Source: an uncultured bacterium (lineage in GTDB: Bacteria > Zixibacteria > MSB-5A5 > CAIYYT01). Taken from it: 64,000 bases of DNA. The notes under the pieces were generated by a model that saw only the letters and a program-made list of their open reading frames with translations, had not been told where the DNA came from and made no database searches. Shown here one piece after another: positions 26,415-37,652 of the stretch. The stretch covers positions 6,479 to 70,478 of the forward strand of contig CAIYYT010000002.1 of the NCBI GenBank assembly GCA_903930455.1, read 5' to 3'. The translations under genes were made by a program, and so were the position numbers. The stretch's first letter is position 1. Each line of letters opens with the position of its first letter.

Positions 26415-26947
26415 TCTCCATGACAGATCGATGATTTCTGCCCTATTCCCTTATGTAGTTTACGATAGATTGTTGTCGATTGCAACCGATTTCTTGAGTC
26501 CTGTTGCGAGACCTTTCATCGCAATTTATCTCAACATCAGCTTTTCATCGGGCAAACGCGACAAAGCCATTTCTTTGTACTCCCAAAGTTGTAGCTTTAT
26601 TTCGGCTTTTCAAGCTATCTTAATGGAGTGTGAATTACAAGGAAGTCCCTCGCCAATATCGCCGAATACCGGTCACTGTCGTCGACCCGAAGGGTATTAT
26701 TTTCGTACTGCAACAATTCGCTGGCTTCGGTTTCATTTCAGATTGGGCATGCCTCGGGTAAGGCCGAATCGATTATCAGGCCCACTTGAGGAAGCTGCCG
26801 TCTTCGGAATGACGGTGTTGATAGAATCCCACGAGATGCAGTAAATGACCCGAAAATACAATCTGCCTTTTTGGCTCAAACAATTCGCGCGTGGGACAAG
26901 GGTTGCTTTTTGACAGAGACTGCCATAAATTCAATTAATGATTATGA

Positions 26948-28498
26948 ATGCTATGCAACAAGACGATTCAATCAATGAGTAGCACACTTTTCAGAATAGG
27001 TAGAAACGTTTTTTCGAACTGGGTCGGTTATGTCGTTAACATAGTCGTCTCATTCTTTCTAGCGCCATTTATGGTGCACAGCTTGGGGAACGCTGGTTAC
27101 GGAATCTGGGTGCTGGTCGGCTCACTGACCGGTTACTTGGGGGTCCTCGATATGGGACTGCGCCCGGCAATTGTAAAGTTCGTGGCCCGTTACAAGTCGC
27201 TCGGTGACGATCTGATGGTAAATCGGATTGTCAACACGACTCTGATAATTCTCTTATTTGCCGCTGCGATAGTGTTCCTGGCGAGTCTAGTGTTGTCATT
27301 CTTCTCAGTCGGTATCTTCAAAATTCCTGACGAGTTTCATGGCCAGTTTCAGTTGATCATAATCATAGTCGGTCTGAACCTTGCCGCCAGCTTTCCATTC
27401 GCCATTTTTAGCGCCTTATTGGCCGCATTTGAACGGTTCGATCTTGGCAATGCCATTCAAATTTGCGTATTTCTGGTTAGGGCAATATTTCTCGTCGTCT
27501 TCCTCAAGCTCGGGGGAGGGCTTGTTGCGGTCGGAGTGATTGCACTGGCCGCAGGCGTGACCGAATCTCTTTGGAGAGCGCGGCTTTCCCTCAAGCTCTT
27601 TCCGAAACTCGAGATCAATCGGCACTTGGCCGACCGGGATACGTTTAAGTTGATCGCTGCCTTTAGCAGCTACGCATTCATCATGAACATTGCTTCGCGG
27701 CTTTCGTTTCAGACCGACGCGATTGTGATTGGCGCCATGCTTTCGACCGAAGCTATCACCAGCTTCTCCATCGGCTCGACCATGGTCGACTACCTGCTTA
27801 CCTTGATATCGTACATGTCGACCACCTTACTGCCCGTAGTTTCGGCACTCGAAGCCCAGCAGAATTATGAGAAACTGCGCCAACTGTTGATTATCGGCAC
27901 GAAATACTGCGTGGCGATCATTCTCCCCGTCAGCTTCACCTACCTGGTGCTTGGGGAAACCTTTATCAGTCTCTGGATGGGGCAGCAATACGGTCCGACT
28001 TCAGCCAAGGTTCTTGCTATTCTGACGTGCGGGTATTTCGGATTCCTCTCTCAGTTTGTGGCTAACGTAATCTTCGTCGGATTGGGAAAACTGAAGTACC
28101 TCGCATATCTCAATATTGCTCTCGCGTTCGTGAACCTGGGGCTCAGCATTATTCTTGTGAAGTGGCTCGGTATTTACGGTTCCGCACTGGGCACGGCCAT
28201 CCCACTAATCATCAGCGGTTCGATTCTCTATCCCATATACATTTGTCGAACCGTCAAGCTTGGTTTCCTACGATATGTTAGCAAATCCTATATTCGTCCC
28301 CTGCTGGCGTCGCTCCCGTTTTTGTCTCTCATCTTGCTTTGTCATTACCTGATCGATATCAACTCTTTTGGGCGCTTCATAACGGTCGTTGGAACCGCTT
28401 GTATAGTTCATGCTGTCGCGTCGTTTTATGGCGTTCTGGAATCAAACCACCGAAGCAGTATTTCACACAAAGTCGGGAATTTGCTGTCGATGCGATGA
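26948..28498 (+). CDS. Polysaccharide biosynthesis protein / Wzx-type oligosaccharide flippase (MOP superfamily).
   Basis: About 12-14 predicted TM helices. Polysacc_synt-like N-terminal motif GNAGYGIWVLVGSLTGYLGVLDMGL...VKFVARY. It is the only plus-strand gene in an EPS context. Confidence 0.85.
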   Translation: MLCNKTIQSMSSTLFRIGRNVFSNWVGYVVNIVVSFFLAPFMVHSLGNAGYGIWVLVGSLTGYLGVLDMGLRPAIVKFVARYKSLGDDLMVNRIVNTTLIILLFAAAIVFLASLVLSFFSVGIFKIPDEFHGQFQLIIIIVGLNLAASFPFAIFSALLAAFERFDLGNAIQICVFLVRAIFLVVFLKLGGGLVAVGVIALAAGVTESLWRARLSLKLFPKLEINRHLADRDTFKLIAAFSSYAFIMNIASRLSFQTDAIVIGAMLSTEAITSFSIGSTMVDYLLTLISYMSTTLLPVVSALEAQQNYEKLRQLLIIGTKYCVAIILPVSFTYLVLGETFISLWMGQQYGPTSAKVLAILTCGYFGFLSQFVANVIFVGLGKLKYLAYLNIALAFVNLGLSIILVKWLGIYGSALGTAIPLIISGSILYPIYICRTVKLGFLRYVSKSYIRPLLASLPFLSLILLCHYLIDINSFGRFITVVGTACIVHAVASFYGVLESNHRSSISHKVGNLLSMR

Positions 28499-28715
28499 TA
28501 CAACCAGTATCGAGATGCGAGCTGCAAGAGAATTCGGTGTTTTGCACCCATGAAAGCAGACTTTGATCCCGAAGAAGGGGTATAATTCCTGTTTCGAAAA
28601 ATCCTTCAGGAATCGACGCACGGCGGCTGTTATGACAAAAAGCAAAGGCAGGTGTTCATGATTAAGCAATTCTCGCATGATCTGGGTTGAAGTTGGAATC
28701 TCAGCGACACTGAGG

Positions 28716-30728
28716 TCAGTTCTTAGTGGTTTCATGGCCGTTGCAGATTGTTGTAAAATCGCGCCATACATTGAAATTGGTCACGCGATGGATCTCTCTT
28801 TCATTGAATTTCTCGATAAACTGGTCGACTAGCATTTGGGTCGAGAGTATCCCCATAAAAGCCATATTGTCCCTAAATGACATCTGCCCTTGCGATTGTC
28901 TTAGGCACTTCTCATGAAGCTTGCCGACCATCGTAGGATTAAATACGCCAGCCTCTTTCACCTTTTCTTCCGACAGCAATTCCTTGACATAACCGGGTGC
29001 CTGTTTCTGTGTAAAGCACCTTGAATCGGGCGCCATGTATGGCTGCTTGGGGCGTTTAAGAATTGCCTCGGGTAACGCTCCATGCATGGCCTTCTTTAGT
29101 ACCCATTTTTCTTTCAGTCCAAAGAGTTTGTAGTGTGGCGGAATCCTTGTCGCCAACTCGATCACACGGTGATCGAGGAACGGATACCGTCCTTCCACGG
29201 CATTGGCGGCTGCCATACGATCACCCTGCGAAGAGAGCAGATACCCTGACAGCAGTGATTTTGCTTCGATGAATTGCGCGCGAGAGACATGATGCCATTG
29301 AGCAAATCGCAATGGCAGCATATGCGCAAATGCATTCATAGAGTCGCTTGCCGCTGACTTAGACTTGAAATCAGCATCATAGAAATCTTTGATTCGAGAA
29401 GTCGCCTTGATTCGTGGTATATGCGAGAAATAGTAGCGATCAGTCTCGGTCAATCCCTCTTTGTAGAATTCCTCGAGGAAATAATTGAAGCGGACTTTAC
29501 TCAATGGTAATGTGGGGTACAGTCGCTTAAGAAGCAGCGGCCGAGATCGTGAGTTGGGATTCTTCGACCAGAAATATCTGATCTTTGTTTCTTTGAATAT
29601 GTCATAGCCGCCAAATATTTCGTCCGATCCTTCACCAGTCAAGACTACCTTGAACCCGGCATCGTTTACCAATCGTGAGAGTAGATACATCGGCGCAGGC
29701 GCGGTTCGCAATATCGGACGCTCGGTGTGCCAGATAACATTCGGGAAACAGGCTGCGATATCTTCATAATTGCACTGTACCTGGTGGTGAGTCGTGCCCA
29801 ATTGCTTTGCCATCAGCCTCTGATTGCTTGACTCATCAAAGGCGCTGTCGCCAAAAACGATTGAGAATGATTCCAATGGATTTGAGGTAAAACTCCGCAC
29901 CAGCGATGCTATGGCAGAAGAATCCAACCCGCCCGAAAGGTACACGCCTACTGGTACATCCGCCCGCAGACGCAACCGAATCGAATCTACTAACAGGGCG
30001 TGTACCTCTTCGGCCCAGGACCCGACGCTGCGACTATCATCGTAATGGTCGGGATACTCCATCGACCAGTAGCGCGCTGTAGAGATTCCTATCTCGCTGA
30101 TTTCCATATACGATCCCGATTCCAGTTCAGCGATTCCACCAAAGGCAGTTTTTGGCGGTGCGCAGGTCCACCAGGTAAAGACTTGATCGAGCCCTTCAGC
30201 GTCTAGTTCTCGCTTGATTGAATGGTCGGCGAAGAGTGCTTTGATCTCCGATGCAAAGTAGAATCGTCCATTTTGAACCGTATAAAACAAGGGCCGTTTA
30301 CCCATCCGATCTCGGGCAATGAACAGCGTGCGCTTATTCATATCATAAATGGCAAACGAAAACTGACCGTTGAAATGCTGAACGCACTCCCGGTCCCACT
30401 GCTCATAGGCGTGGACAATTACTTCCGTATCGGAATGCGTGCGAAATCTATGTCCCAGTCCTTCGAGCACGGGGCGTAACTCAACGTAGTTGAATATTTC
30501 TCCGTTGAAGGCTATCCAAACGGTCTCATCTTCATTGCACAATGGCTGCTGGCCTGTCGACAAGTCAATAATCGATAGGCGGGCATGTCCGAGTACGCAT
30601 TTGTTATCCAGAAAGGCACCGAATTCATCCGGCCCACGGTGACGGATCAAGGAAATCATCTTGACGATTAGATCTTTGTCCGGCGGGCGCGTGCCTTCGA
30701 GTTGAAAGTATCCAGCTATTCCGCACAT
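28716..30728 (-). CDS. asnB: Asparagine synthase (glutamine-hydrolysing) family amidotransferase, of the kind found in EPS/exosortase-type loci.
   Basis: N-terminal MCGIAGYF (Ntn Cys). The central SGGLDSS PP-loop is within the protein. 670 aa. Confidence 0.9.
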   Translation of the reverse strand: MCGIAGYFQLEGTRPPDKDLIVKMISLIRHRGPDEFGAFLDNKCVLGHARLSIIDLSTGQQPLCNEDETVWIAFNGEIFNYVELRPVLEGLGHRFRTHSDTEVIVHAYEQWDRECVQHFNGQFSFAIYDMNKRTLFIARDRMGKRPLFYTVQNGRFYFASEIKALFADHSIKRELDAEGLDQVFTWWTCAPPKTAFGGIAELESGSYMEISEIGISTARYWSMEYPDHYDDSRSVGSWAEEVHALLVDSIRLRLRADVPVGVYLSGGLDSSAIASLVRSFTSNPLESFSIVFGDSAFDESSNQRLMAKQLGTTHHQVQCNYEDIAACFPNVIWHTERPILRTAPAPMYLLSRLVNDAGFKVVLTGEGSDEIFGGYDIFKETKIRYFWSKNPNSRSRPLLLKRLYPTLPLSKVRFNYFLEEFYKEGLTETDRYYFSHIPRIKATSRIKDFYDADFKSKSAASDSMNAFAHMLPLRFAQWHHVSRAQFIEAKSLLSGYLLSSQGDRMAAANAVEGRYPFLDHRVIELATRIPPHYKLFGLKEKWVLKKAMHGALPEAILKRPKQPYMAPDSRCFTQKQAPGYVKELLSEEKVKEAGVFNPTMVGKLHEKCLRQSQGQMSFRDNMAFMGILSTQMLVDQFIEKFNEREIHRVTNFNVWRDFTTICNGHETTKN

Positions 30729-30776
30729 GCAAATTAAACGATTTCGGTTCTCATTTATTTGATCCTCTGACTTCGA

Positions 30777-32354
30777 CTAAACTTCATGCTGCTCATTCTT
30801 GAGCAAATGCTTAATGATCTTGCCCGATTGATACTTGGGCAGCGCTTCGACAATATCAATTATCTTCGGTACTTTAAAATCTGCCAGAGAGCGACGACAA
30901 TGCAGAAGAATTTCCTTCGTTTCCAGTTCGATGCCGGGCTTCAACACGATTACAGCCTTTATCACTTCCCCTAACAGCCTATCCGAGACACCGACAACGC
31001 ACGCCTCTAGAATGTTCTCATTTGCAATGAGGCACTCCTCGATCTCCTTGACGCTAACCCGATTGCCACCGGTCTTGATAATTTCCTTCTTGCGACCGAT
31101 GATGAAGAGAAATCCGTCCTCATCCTTATAGCCCAGATCGCCTGTGAAAAGCAAACCATCTCGCAGCACTTCCTGCTCTTCGTCTGGCTGGCGCCAGTAG
31201 CCCATCATCACGTTATCGCCCGACACCACCAATTCACCTGTTTTCCCAACAGGTAACTCGTGCTCCTGTTCGTCCATAATCGTCACCGAGATTCCGGTAA
31301 GCGGTATGCCAATCGAGCCAAGCTTTTCCGCCAATCGCTGCGGCGGCAAGTACGTGACTCGTGGTGCGGCTTCCGTCTGTCCATACATGATGTATATTTC
31401 TTTATTGGGAAAAGCGTGCATCAGTTTTCTGGTTATTTCCGGAGCCATGGCGCCGCCGGCCTGCGTAAAATAGCGCATGTGAGGAAACTGTCGGGAAGCA
31501 AAAGTCGACCTGCCAAGAAGAATCATGAAAGTCGATGGTACGCCGGAGAAGCCGGTACATCTCTGCTCTTCCATCGTGTTAAGCACCGTCTCCGGGTACA
31601 TAAATCGATTGTCGATAACGAGACACGCACCGCAGGCGATGTTGGTCAAGAGCAGCGAGTTGCCATAGATGTAATAGAATGGCAAGATGACGAGTGTGCG
31701 ATCGTCTCGCGAGAGGTTCAGATACTCTATCGTCGATAGAGTATTGCTGACCAAATTCAGATGCGATAGCATAACGCCCTTCGAAACACCAGTGCTTCCC
31801 GATGTATAGAAAATCGCCGCCAGCTCATGTAATTTGCCAAAACGACACAAAGAGATCGCCTCCGGGGCTTTTAACGAGGGGGTCGTCTCCGACACATCGA
31901 ATTGCTCAACTTGCAGTGATCGATCAAAGACCAGTGCGCGCAGCGATCGTGATCCGAAATTAGGGATAGAGTCGCAAAGCAACACCTCGACTCCGCAGTC
32001 CGTCTCGAAAATGACCTTGAGCTGACGCCGAAAGTGTGATTGCGCAATCAGAACTTTGACGCCGCAATCGGCCAGAATGAATCTTAGGGTGTTGCCATTT
32101 GCAGAAGTATCAAGGGGAACAACTACGAGCCCGGCTTCCAGAACCCCGAAATATGCAATTGTGTACTCAATTGAGTTTTCCAATAGCAACCCCACACGCG
32201 CCCCATCTCCAAGAGACAGGCGACGCAGATTATTCGCCAACCCGTCGGCAGCGTCTGCCAGCTCGCGATACGTTATGCTGCGATCTTGAACGCTTACGGC
32301 AACTCGATCCGGATAAGAATCGATGCTCTGGCGCAAGAATTGATTGAGATTCAT
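30777..32354 (-). CDS. AMP-dependent acyl-CoA/acyl-ACP ligase. The start is set at ATG 32354 so as not to overlap the ACP gene.
   Basis: AMP-binding motif FYTSGSTGVSKGVMLSH, later YGQTEAA and GDLGYKDEDGFLFIIGRKKEIIKTGG. Confidence 0.85.
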   Translation of the reverse strand: MNLNQFLRQSIDSYPDRVAVSVQDRSITYRELADAADGLANNLRRLSLGDGARVGLLLENSIEYTIAYFGVLEAGLVVVPLDTSANGNTLRFILADCGVKVLIAQSHFRRQLKVIFETDCGVEVLLCDSIPNFGSRSLRALVFDRSLQVEQFDVSETTPSLKAPEAISLCRFGKLHELAAIFYTSGSTGVSKGVMLSHLNLVSNTLSTIEYLNLSRDDRTLVILPFYYIYGNSLLLTNIACGACLVIDNRFMYPETVLNTMEEQRCTGFSGVPSTFMILLGRSTFASRQFPHMRYFTQAGGAMAPEITRKLMHAFPNKEIYIMYGQTEAAPRVTYLPPQRLAEKLGSIGIPLTGISVTIMDEQEHELPVGKTGELVVSGDNVMMGYWRQPDEEQEVLRDGLLFTGDLGYKDEDGFLFIIGRKKEIIKTGGNRVSVKEIEECLIANENILEACVVGVSDRLLGEVIKAVIVLKPGIELETKEILLHCRRSLADFKVPKIIDIVEALPKYQSGKIIKHLLKNEQHEV

Positions 32355-32403
32355 AGGAACTTCTGTATGGCCCTGAGTTCGGATAGTCTCTTTTGACGAC
32401 AGC

Positions 32404-32679
32404 TCAACAGTTGGATTTACTCCTGATGAAACTAACCAAGCTTTCGACGCTGTCCAAATTTGTGGGTAGCATTTCGTCATCAGTTACAGTCACTCCGAAG
32501 TGCTGTTCGAGAAAAGCCACCAACTCGAGGATGCCCATCGAGTCCATAATACCACAACTCATAAATGAATCCGAGTCAGAAAACTTGACGCTTTCATCAC
32601 CAAGCAAATACGAATCGACGATGAACGCTCTTATCTCGGAGCGAATTTTTCCCGCTTCAAACTCCATACTATCCCTCAT
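32404..32679 (-). CDS. Acyl carrier protein.
   Basis: 91 aa. GIMDSMGILELVAFLEQHFG contains the DSx phosphopantetheine attachment Ser. It lies directly upstream of the acyl ligase. Confidence 0.8.
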   Translation of the reverse strand: MRDSMEFEAGKIRSEIRAFIVDSYLLGDESVKFSDSDSFMSCGIMDSMGILELVAFLEQHFGVTVTDDEMLPTNLDSVESLVSFIRSKSNC

Positions 32680-32729
32680 TGAGCGGCATCACGTATACCC
32701 TTCGCAACACCTGACCGACTATATCCAAA

Positions 32730-33704
32730 TCACTCGGGTAGATCAATTTCCAGCGGCGGCAAACGCAGTGGTTCTGTCGCTTGAATCTTTCGAGCGATAT
32801 GTGCGTAGCCGTGCTCTGCTTCCTGGACCGAAATTCCGAGGACTTTGGCCGCCTCGGCAGCCGGAACATTCGTTTCCATGGCGTGCCAAAGCATGTCCAT
32901 CCGATAGAAATCCAGACCGAAGAAAAACTCTTCCTGAGTAGATCCAGCACTGTAAGTATCGGTTGTTGGAATCCGTTTGATGATTTCCGTGGGGACCCCC
33001 AGATACTCCGCCAGTTGATAAACCTGAATCTTGAACAAATTCGCTATCGGCTTGAAATCAGCGCCGCCGTCTCCGTATTTGACGAAGAAGCCCTGCATAT
33101 GCTCATCCTTGTTGCCGGTTCCTGCTACCGCCCAGTTGCAACGCTCAGCGTGGTAGTAGAGCGTCGTCATGCGCAGACGTTGCTTCAGATTGGAAGCAGC
33201 CACAACTTGAGCGTAGACATTAGGAGTCATGCGCTTGGTATTTGCCTCTTCCCCCGGCTTCTGAATCGTCAAGTGAAAGAAATTGAAAGTATCCTTGGAT
33301 AAAATGCTTTCTGGTATCGTGATCTTGCACTTGTAACTCTTGTCGTACATTGGAAACAACTGCTTTATGGCTTCATCACGCTTCTCGTAGCAGCTCAGAC
33401 CAGTTAGGCCGCCGGTGATATCTTCCTTGATGGCTTCAAAGCCGAATTGAGCCGCCAGTTGGCGGGCAAGTGTTTCACTTTCTCCGGAAGACTCCTGCTC
33501 CGGCATCATGACGCCCAGAACACGCTCCGGCCCCAGCGCACGAGCGCAAAGCGCCGATACGACTGTCGAATCTATCCCCCCGGATATACCGACAACAGCG
33601 CCGCTTTTCTTCAGATCATCACGTACCTGTCGCCGAATCGCCTCACAAAGTTGCTTAGTAACGCGAGCTACATCCAGTTTGAGAATGTCTTCATGAAACT
33701 TCAA
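32730..33704 (-). CDS. nadE: NAD+ synthetase (NadE-type PP-loop amidotransferase). TTG start.
   Basis: GISGGIDSTVVSALCARALG PP-loop. Overall NadE-like architecture, 324 aa. Confidence 0.8.
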   Translation of the reverse strand: MKFHEDILKLDVARVTKQLCEAIRRQVRDDLKKSGAVVGISGGIDSTVVSALCARALGPERVLGVMMPEQESSGESETLARQLAAQFGFEAIKEDITGGLTGLSCYEKRDEAIKQLFPMYDKSYKCKITIPESILSKDTFNFFHLTIQKPGEEANTKRMTPNVYAQVVAASNLKQRLRMTTLYYHAERCNWAVAGTGNKDEHMQGFFVKYGDGGADFKPIANLFKIQVYQLAEYLGVPTEIIKRIPTTDTYSAGSTQEEFFFGLDFYRMDMLWHAMETNVPAAEAAKVLGISVQEAEHGYAHIARKIQATEPLRLPPLEIDLPE

Positions 33705-33862
33705 TCTTCACCCTTCGCAAGAAAGTATCTGTTTCACCGCAAATTACTTCCTAAAATAGTATCGAACGAAAGCCCGCGAAACTGCAACTTACGCCGGCAT
33801 AAATTCTTTACACACACTCAAGAACTCGTGATCGGTCACAGCCCTGCTTTTACTTTCATTCT

Positions 33863-35374
33863 TTACAGCCCCTCAATTTTGGGGATTGTTCCAACAACTG
33901 AAAATCCCAGCGTTTGTTCGGCATCCTCGATACTCTTGATCGAATCGTCAAAATACTCTGCGATAATTAGCGCACCTGCGCCCAGGCCGATGCCCGCAAA
34001 TAATCCAAGCAGGACAATCATTTTTTTATTCGGCCAGATTGGCACCAGCGGCAGACGCGCCGGTTCGACCACTCTGAACCTTGACTCCATCAACAATGCC
34101 TCCGAAATCTGCGTGCCTTCCTGAGACAGTTTGAACTGGTCTCGAAGATTGCGCGTAGCATCGATCTCGCGCGTCAGCTGCTCGATCTTGGCCTGCAAGT
34201 CCGGCATCAGGCTTGCACGACGATCCAAATCTGAAAGAGTCAGTTTCATGTTGTTGCGATATGAGTACAGTGTTTCAAGTCGCAGCCGCAAGCCGAAGAG
34301 CGTGATCAGATCCCGTATCGTCGCCTCGGACTGCTGTGTAAACCGTGATCGCACAATTCGGCCCACTTCCTCATCAACGTCGTTAGCGAGCCCAAATAAG
34401 CTCATCTTGAGTGTCATGAAACTAGGAGTATTCCAACCAGACTTCCGCATCATTTCCGGCATCGACGCGAGTAGCTTGGTGATTTCTGATTTGTTCTCCT
34501 GCAAGGCAGACGATTCCTCAAGAACAGGAAGCCCGTCGGGCAAGCCCGATAATCGTATCTGTGTATCATGCACGGCCTTTTCCTTCTCGCTAATTTCCAC
34601 TGTGATCGCCTGAACTTCCATGTTGATTTGTTTGCGATTCTCCTGCGACACGACTGCTTCATCAAGCTGTATTTGCAGCAGTTCCTTCTGGATATCGGTT
34701 CTCTGCGTGATCTTATTTTGAAGGTCACCTTCAAAGCTTGTCAACTGGTTGGATGAGAAATCTGAGGTGATTGAGTTGGTGCGGGATTCCTGCTTGGTTT
34801 TTTCCTGAATAAAAATCTCGCCGAGATTTTGCACGATCAGCTTGGCCTCTTCGGGGTTTGCTGATTGTGCCAGAATCTTCACCTGATTGATGCCCGCAAA
34901 TTCAACTCGAATGCGCTTTCTCAGTCCCCTCAGCAGCATGTCAAACTTCAAATCATCCAGCGAGACGCTTGGGTTGTTTACTTGTAGCTTTCGAGCCAGC
35001 AACTCAATCGTGGGATCCTTATCGAATTGTAGATTCTGCACAAGCTGGCTAATATACGGCGAGGATACAATCTCATTCTTCAGACTCTGTAATTCCCTAT
35101 CCATCCTCTCAGAGTTGTCATCGATCGCGGAACCGGCATTGCCGATCAGACGCTGGATATCCTGAGAAAGCCGAACCGGCTTTTCCATGGAGATCGTGAT
35201 CGAAGCTTCATAAATCGGGCTGAGGTAGAAGGTGCCGGCGGCCGTAATAGCCGTAACCAGGACAACAGGGATGACGACCAGCCACTTGCGCCTCCAAAAG
35301 CTCGCGAGGATGTTTCGAGCATAGAAAGTCCTTGATTTTTTGAAATTGTCCAAGCTAAGACTCTCCTTATCCAA
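33863..35374 (-). CDS. Polysaccharide chain-length determinant (Wzz/GumC-like PCP without a kinase domain, PEP-CTERM-locus type). TTG start.
   Basis: N-terminal Wzz region FWRRKWLVVIPVVLVTAITAAGTFYLSPIYEAS. Long coiled-coil periplasmic region. C-terminal TM KKMIVLLGLFAGIGLGAGALIIAEYF. Confidence 0.85.
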   Translation of the reverse strand: MDKESLSLDNFKKSRTFYARNILASFWRRKWLVVIPVVLVTAITAAGTFYLSPIYEASITISMEKPVRLSQDIQRLIGNAGSAIDDNSERMDRELQSLKNEIVSSPYISQLVQNLQFDKDPTIELLARKLQVNNPSVSLDDLKFDMLLRGLRKRIRVEFAGINQVKILAQSANPEEAKLIVQNLGEIFIQEKTKQESRTNSITSDFSSNQLTSFEGDLQNKITQRTDIQKELLQIQLDEAVVSQENRKQINMEVQAITVEISEKEKAVHDTQIRLSGLPDGLPVLEESSALQENKSEITKLLASMPEMMRKSGWNTPSFMTLKMSLFGLANDVDEEVGRIVRSRFTQQSEATIRDLITLFGLRLRLETLYSYRNNMKLTLSDLDRRASLMPDLQAKIEQLTREIDATRNLRDQFKLSQEGTQISEALLMESRFRVVEPARLPLVPIWPNKKMIVLLGLFAGIGLGAGALIIAEYFDDSIKSIEDAEQTLGFSVVGTIPKIEGL

Positions 35375-35935
35375 GGGTTTTCAGACGACGATCCACTCAA
35401 TTGCTTACAGGAGTATGCAATTCCACAATCACTCGTTATACCCATCGCCAACATCCGAATTCCGGGGAAATAAGTCAAATACAATTTGCCATGATTCAAT
35501 TTCTTGTTCTTATTGTTGGTAAATTGATCTGAATGAAAAAGCCAAAACAGGAAACTTAGCGTGGGACGTTTAATAAATAACATCCCCCCTTTTTAGTGGA
35601 CAAGGAGAAATGATAGAGTTATGGCGCAGAGCGGATGAGGATACGTTATTAGTTCAAGCGCGAAGCGTCGGGGTTTTGACCGCGGGTGGCACGGGAATTA
35701 GTGATGAGCTCCTACCTGTCGCATCAAGGACTGTTGAAAAGCCCAGACTGTGTCATCTCGAGGAGTGCGGAGAAGTGATGCCGGGTGTGGAGCACGACGA
35801 AGCAATCTCTTTTGGTGCTATTTCGATGTTGGCGAGCAGATTGCTTCGTCGTCACTGCCCCTCCACTCTTCCTCCAGCCTTGACTCCTCGCAATGACAAT
35901 TTCGGGGTTTTTCAACAGTTCCATCATATTCGAGA

Positions 35936-35972
35936 TGCCAAAAAAAGAAGCCGAGACCTGACGGGCTCGGCT
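35936..35972 (-). terminator. Rho-independent terminator for the PEP-CTERM gene 36007..36771: 7-bp stem agccgag/ctcggct followed by a U-run on the minus strand.
   Basis: Minus strand reads AGCCGAGCCCGUCAGGUCUCGGCUUCUUUUUUUGG. It lies 35 nt after the stop. Confidence 0.55.
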
Positions 35973-36006
35973 CCATGATTTCCGAAGACTCTACAATTCG
36001 TCTAAA

Positions 36007-36771
36007 CTATGACCGCTTGCGTCCTAACAGGACGACGCCGCTAAGTCCAAGACCCAATAATAGCAGCGTCCCTGGTTCTGGGACGACTTCGTACTGTTTT
36101 TCCAAGAGATCATTGCCACATTCCAAGTTCTGATGGAAAGTTACCTCGCCCGTCGCCCCAAAATTTGAAAGCAACGACTTTTTGAAACGATACTCCCACA
36201 CATAAGTGTCATGGCTGCCACCGGCCATCGGATTGATCTCGAGAGTCGGGTCGTTACTCTTTAGGATGTCAACGTCTCCAATAGTTGTCCCGGTTCCAAC
36301 GCGCCAAGCACCAGCAGCGTTCCTGATTATAGGATCGCTGTAGTACGTCCCTGGAGTGTTAGAAATTCCGGCCACGGTTGCCACATTGACCAAATTACCA
36401 CCACTTGTGATAGCGTAATCGTACTTGCTACCGCCAAAGCCAAAAAAGAGATCGCCGCGACCGTAGGTTCGATTCCAACCTGTAGAATAGGCGTCTTCGT
36501 TAAACGACGAGGTGACGCTCAAGTAAATGAAATCGTTATCGTAAGCAAAGTTGAGGCCTTCAATATCGAATTTCTCCCCACCTTCGCCAAGATTGCCTGG
36601 AGACGGGAGTGAGCCAATACCCGGTCCATAGTCGATGTCAGACGTATTGTTATGTTCGTCGAAATAAGCTGAGCCGAAATCGTGGTAAGTCCAGCTAAAG
36701 TTAACGGCGCTAGCTGACGAGATGTAGAATAACGATGTCAGTGCAAGTGCGATTAAGAATTTTTTCAACAT
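36007..36771 (-). CDS. PEP-CTERM sorting-domain secreted protein.
   Basis: ATG at 36771 with GGAGGA SD. Signal peptide MLKKFLIALALTSLFYISSASA. C-terminus VPEPGTLLLLGLGLSGVVLLGRKRS*. Confidence 0.85.
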   Translation of the reverse strand: MLKKFLIALALTSLFYISSASAVNFSWTYHDFGSAYFDEHNNTSDIDYGPGIGSLPSPGNLGEGGEKFDIEGLNFAYDNDFIYLSVTSSFNEDAYSTGWNRTYGRGDLFFGFGGSKYDYAITSGGNLVNVATVAGISNTPGTYYSDPIIRNAAGAWRVGTGTTIGDVDILKSNDPTLEINPMAGGSHDTYVWEYRFKKSLLSNFGATGEVTFHQNLECGNDLLEKQYEVVPEPGTLLLLGLGLSGVVLLGRKRS

Positions 36772-37652
36772 TACATCCTCCAAGGAGTTATTGGCAAGTA
36801 GTTATTATCATCCTCATGACGAGATTTTAAGCAAGATACGTGCCTGACGCGAGTACCTAATTCACTGTGCCTAAAGCACTGTCAGGCAGCGAAATAGAAA
36901 ACAAAACACCTCAGCCCCGTATCGCGTGTGCAGGGCTATGCACAATATGGATATTTCCGAGACCACCAAGAGCGGAATTTGTGTCATCGTGTATCGCGTG
37001 GTTTGCTACGAAGCATAGACAGTGCTGATGATTGCGAACAGTTCTTATCTCGCCGTTCCGTATTGGAGTTGGCCTCACATTACGCTACCGACAGTGGCCT
37101 TGAGTCTCGAATCCTGATGCACCCAGTCTCATTGCTAGCAACGTCTTACGTCATGTCTAGGTTAGCTGTTGGTCACCTTAGCAAATTTAAGTATATGAAT
37201 GACAACACGTAAACACAGCACAGCTAGCTATGCCAGTAATATGAAAGATAATTGCAGGGTGCCTTGCAGCAGTCCCAATCCGTTTATACCTCCATGCAAT
37301 TGGTTTGGTCAATCTCAAACGAGGATTATAGTCGTTATATATATAGGGGCATTGTTTGACTCATCATCTGAATTCTAGGCGACGTATGTCGATAATTTGG
37401 ACAAGTGACAATACCTGGCTAAGTGCTACGCATTGATCGCGTTAGCTACTATGATCGATCTGGTAAACAAAACAATCGTCGGAAAGATGAACAAACTTCG
37501 CGATTCAGACGACAATATTGAAAACACAAGTGCCTTGCTAACCGCATTCTGTGAAAATACTTATGAGAATGACGGAGTGCATGACATATTCACTGGCACG
37601 ATTCTTGCTACTACGTCCTTCAGTAAGGCAAAATTTGCTTGGGAGAGAAATC

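Noticed and set aside
26347-26844. 165-aa plus-strand ORF in the gap between the methyltransferase pseudogene and the flippase.
   Set aside because: It partly overlaps the methyltransferase N-terminal fragment on the opposite strand, has no motifs, and has poor start context.
35610-35978. 122-aa plus-strand ORF between the Wzz and PEP-CTERM genes.
   Set aside because: It runs through the minus-strand terminator hairpin of the PEP-CTERM gene and has no recognisable domain. Kept as unannotated intergenic sequence.
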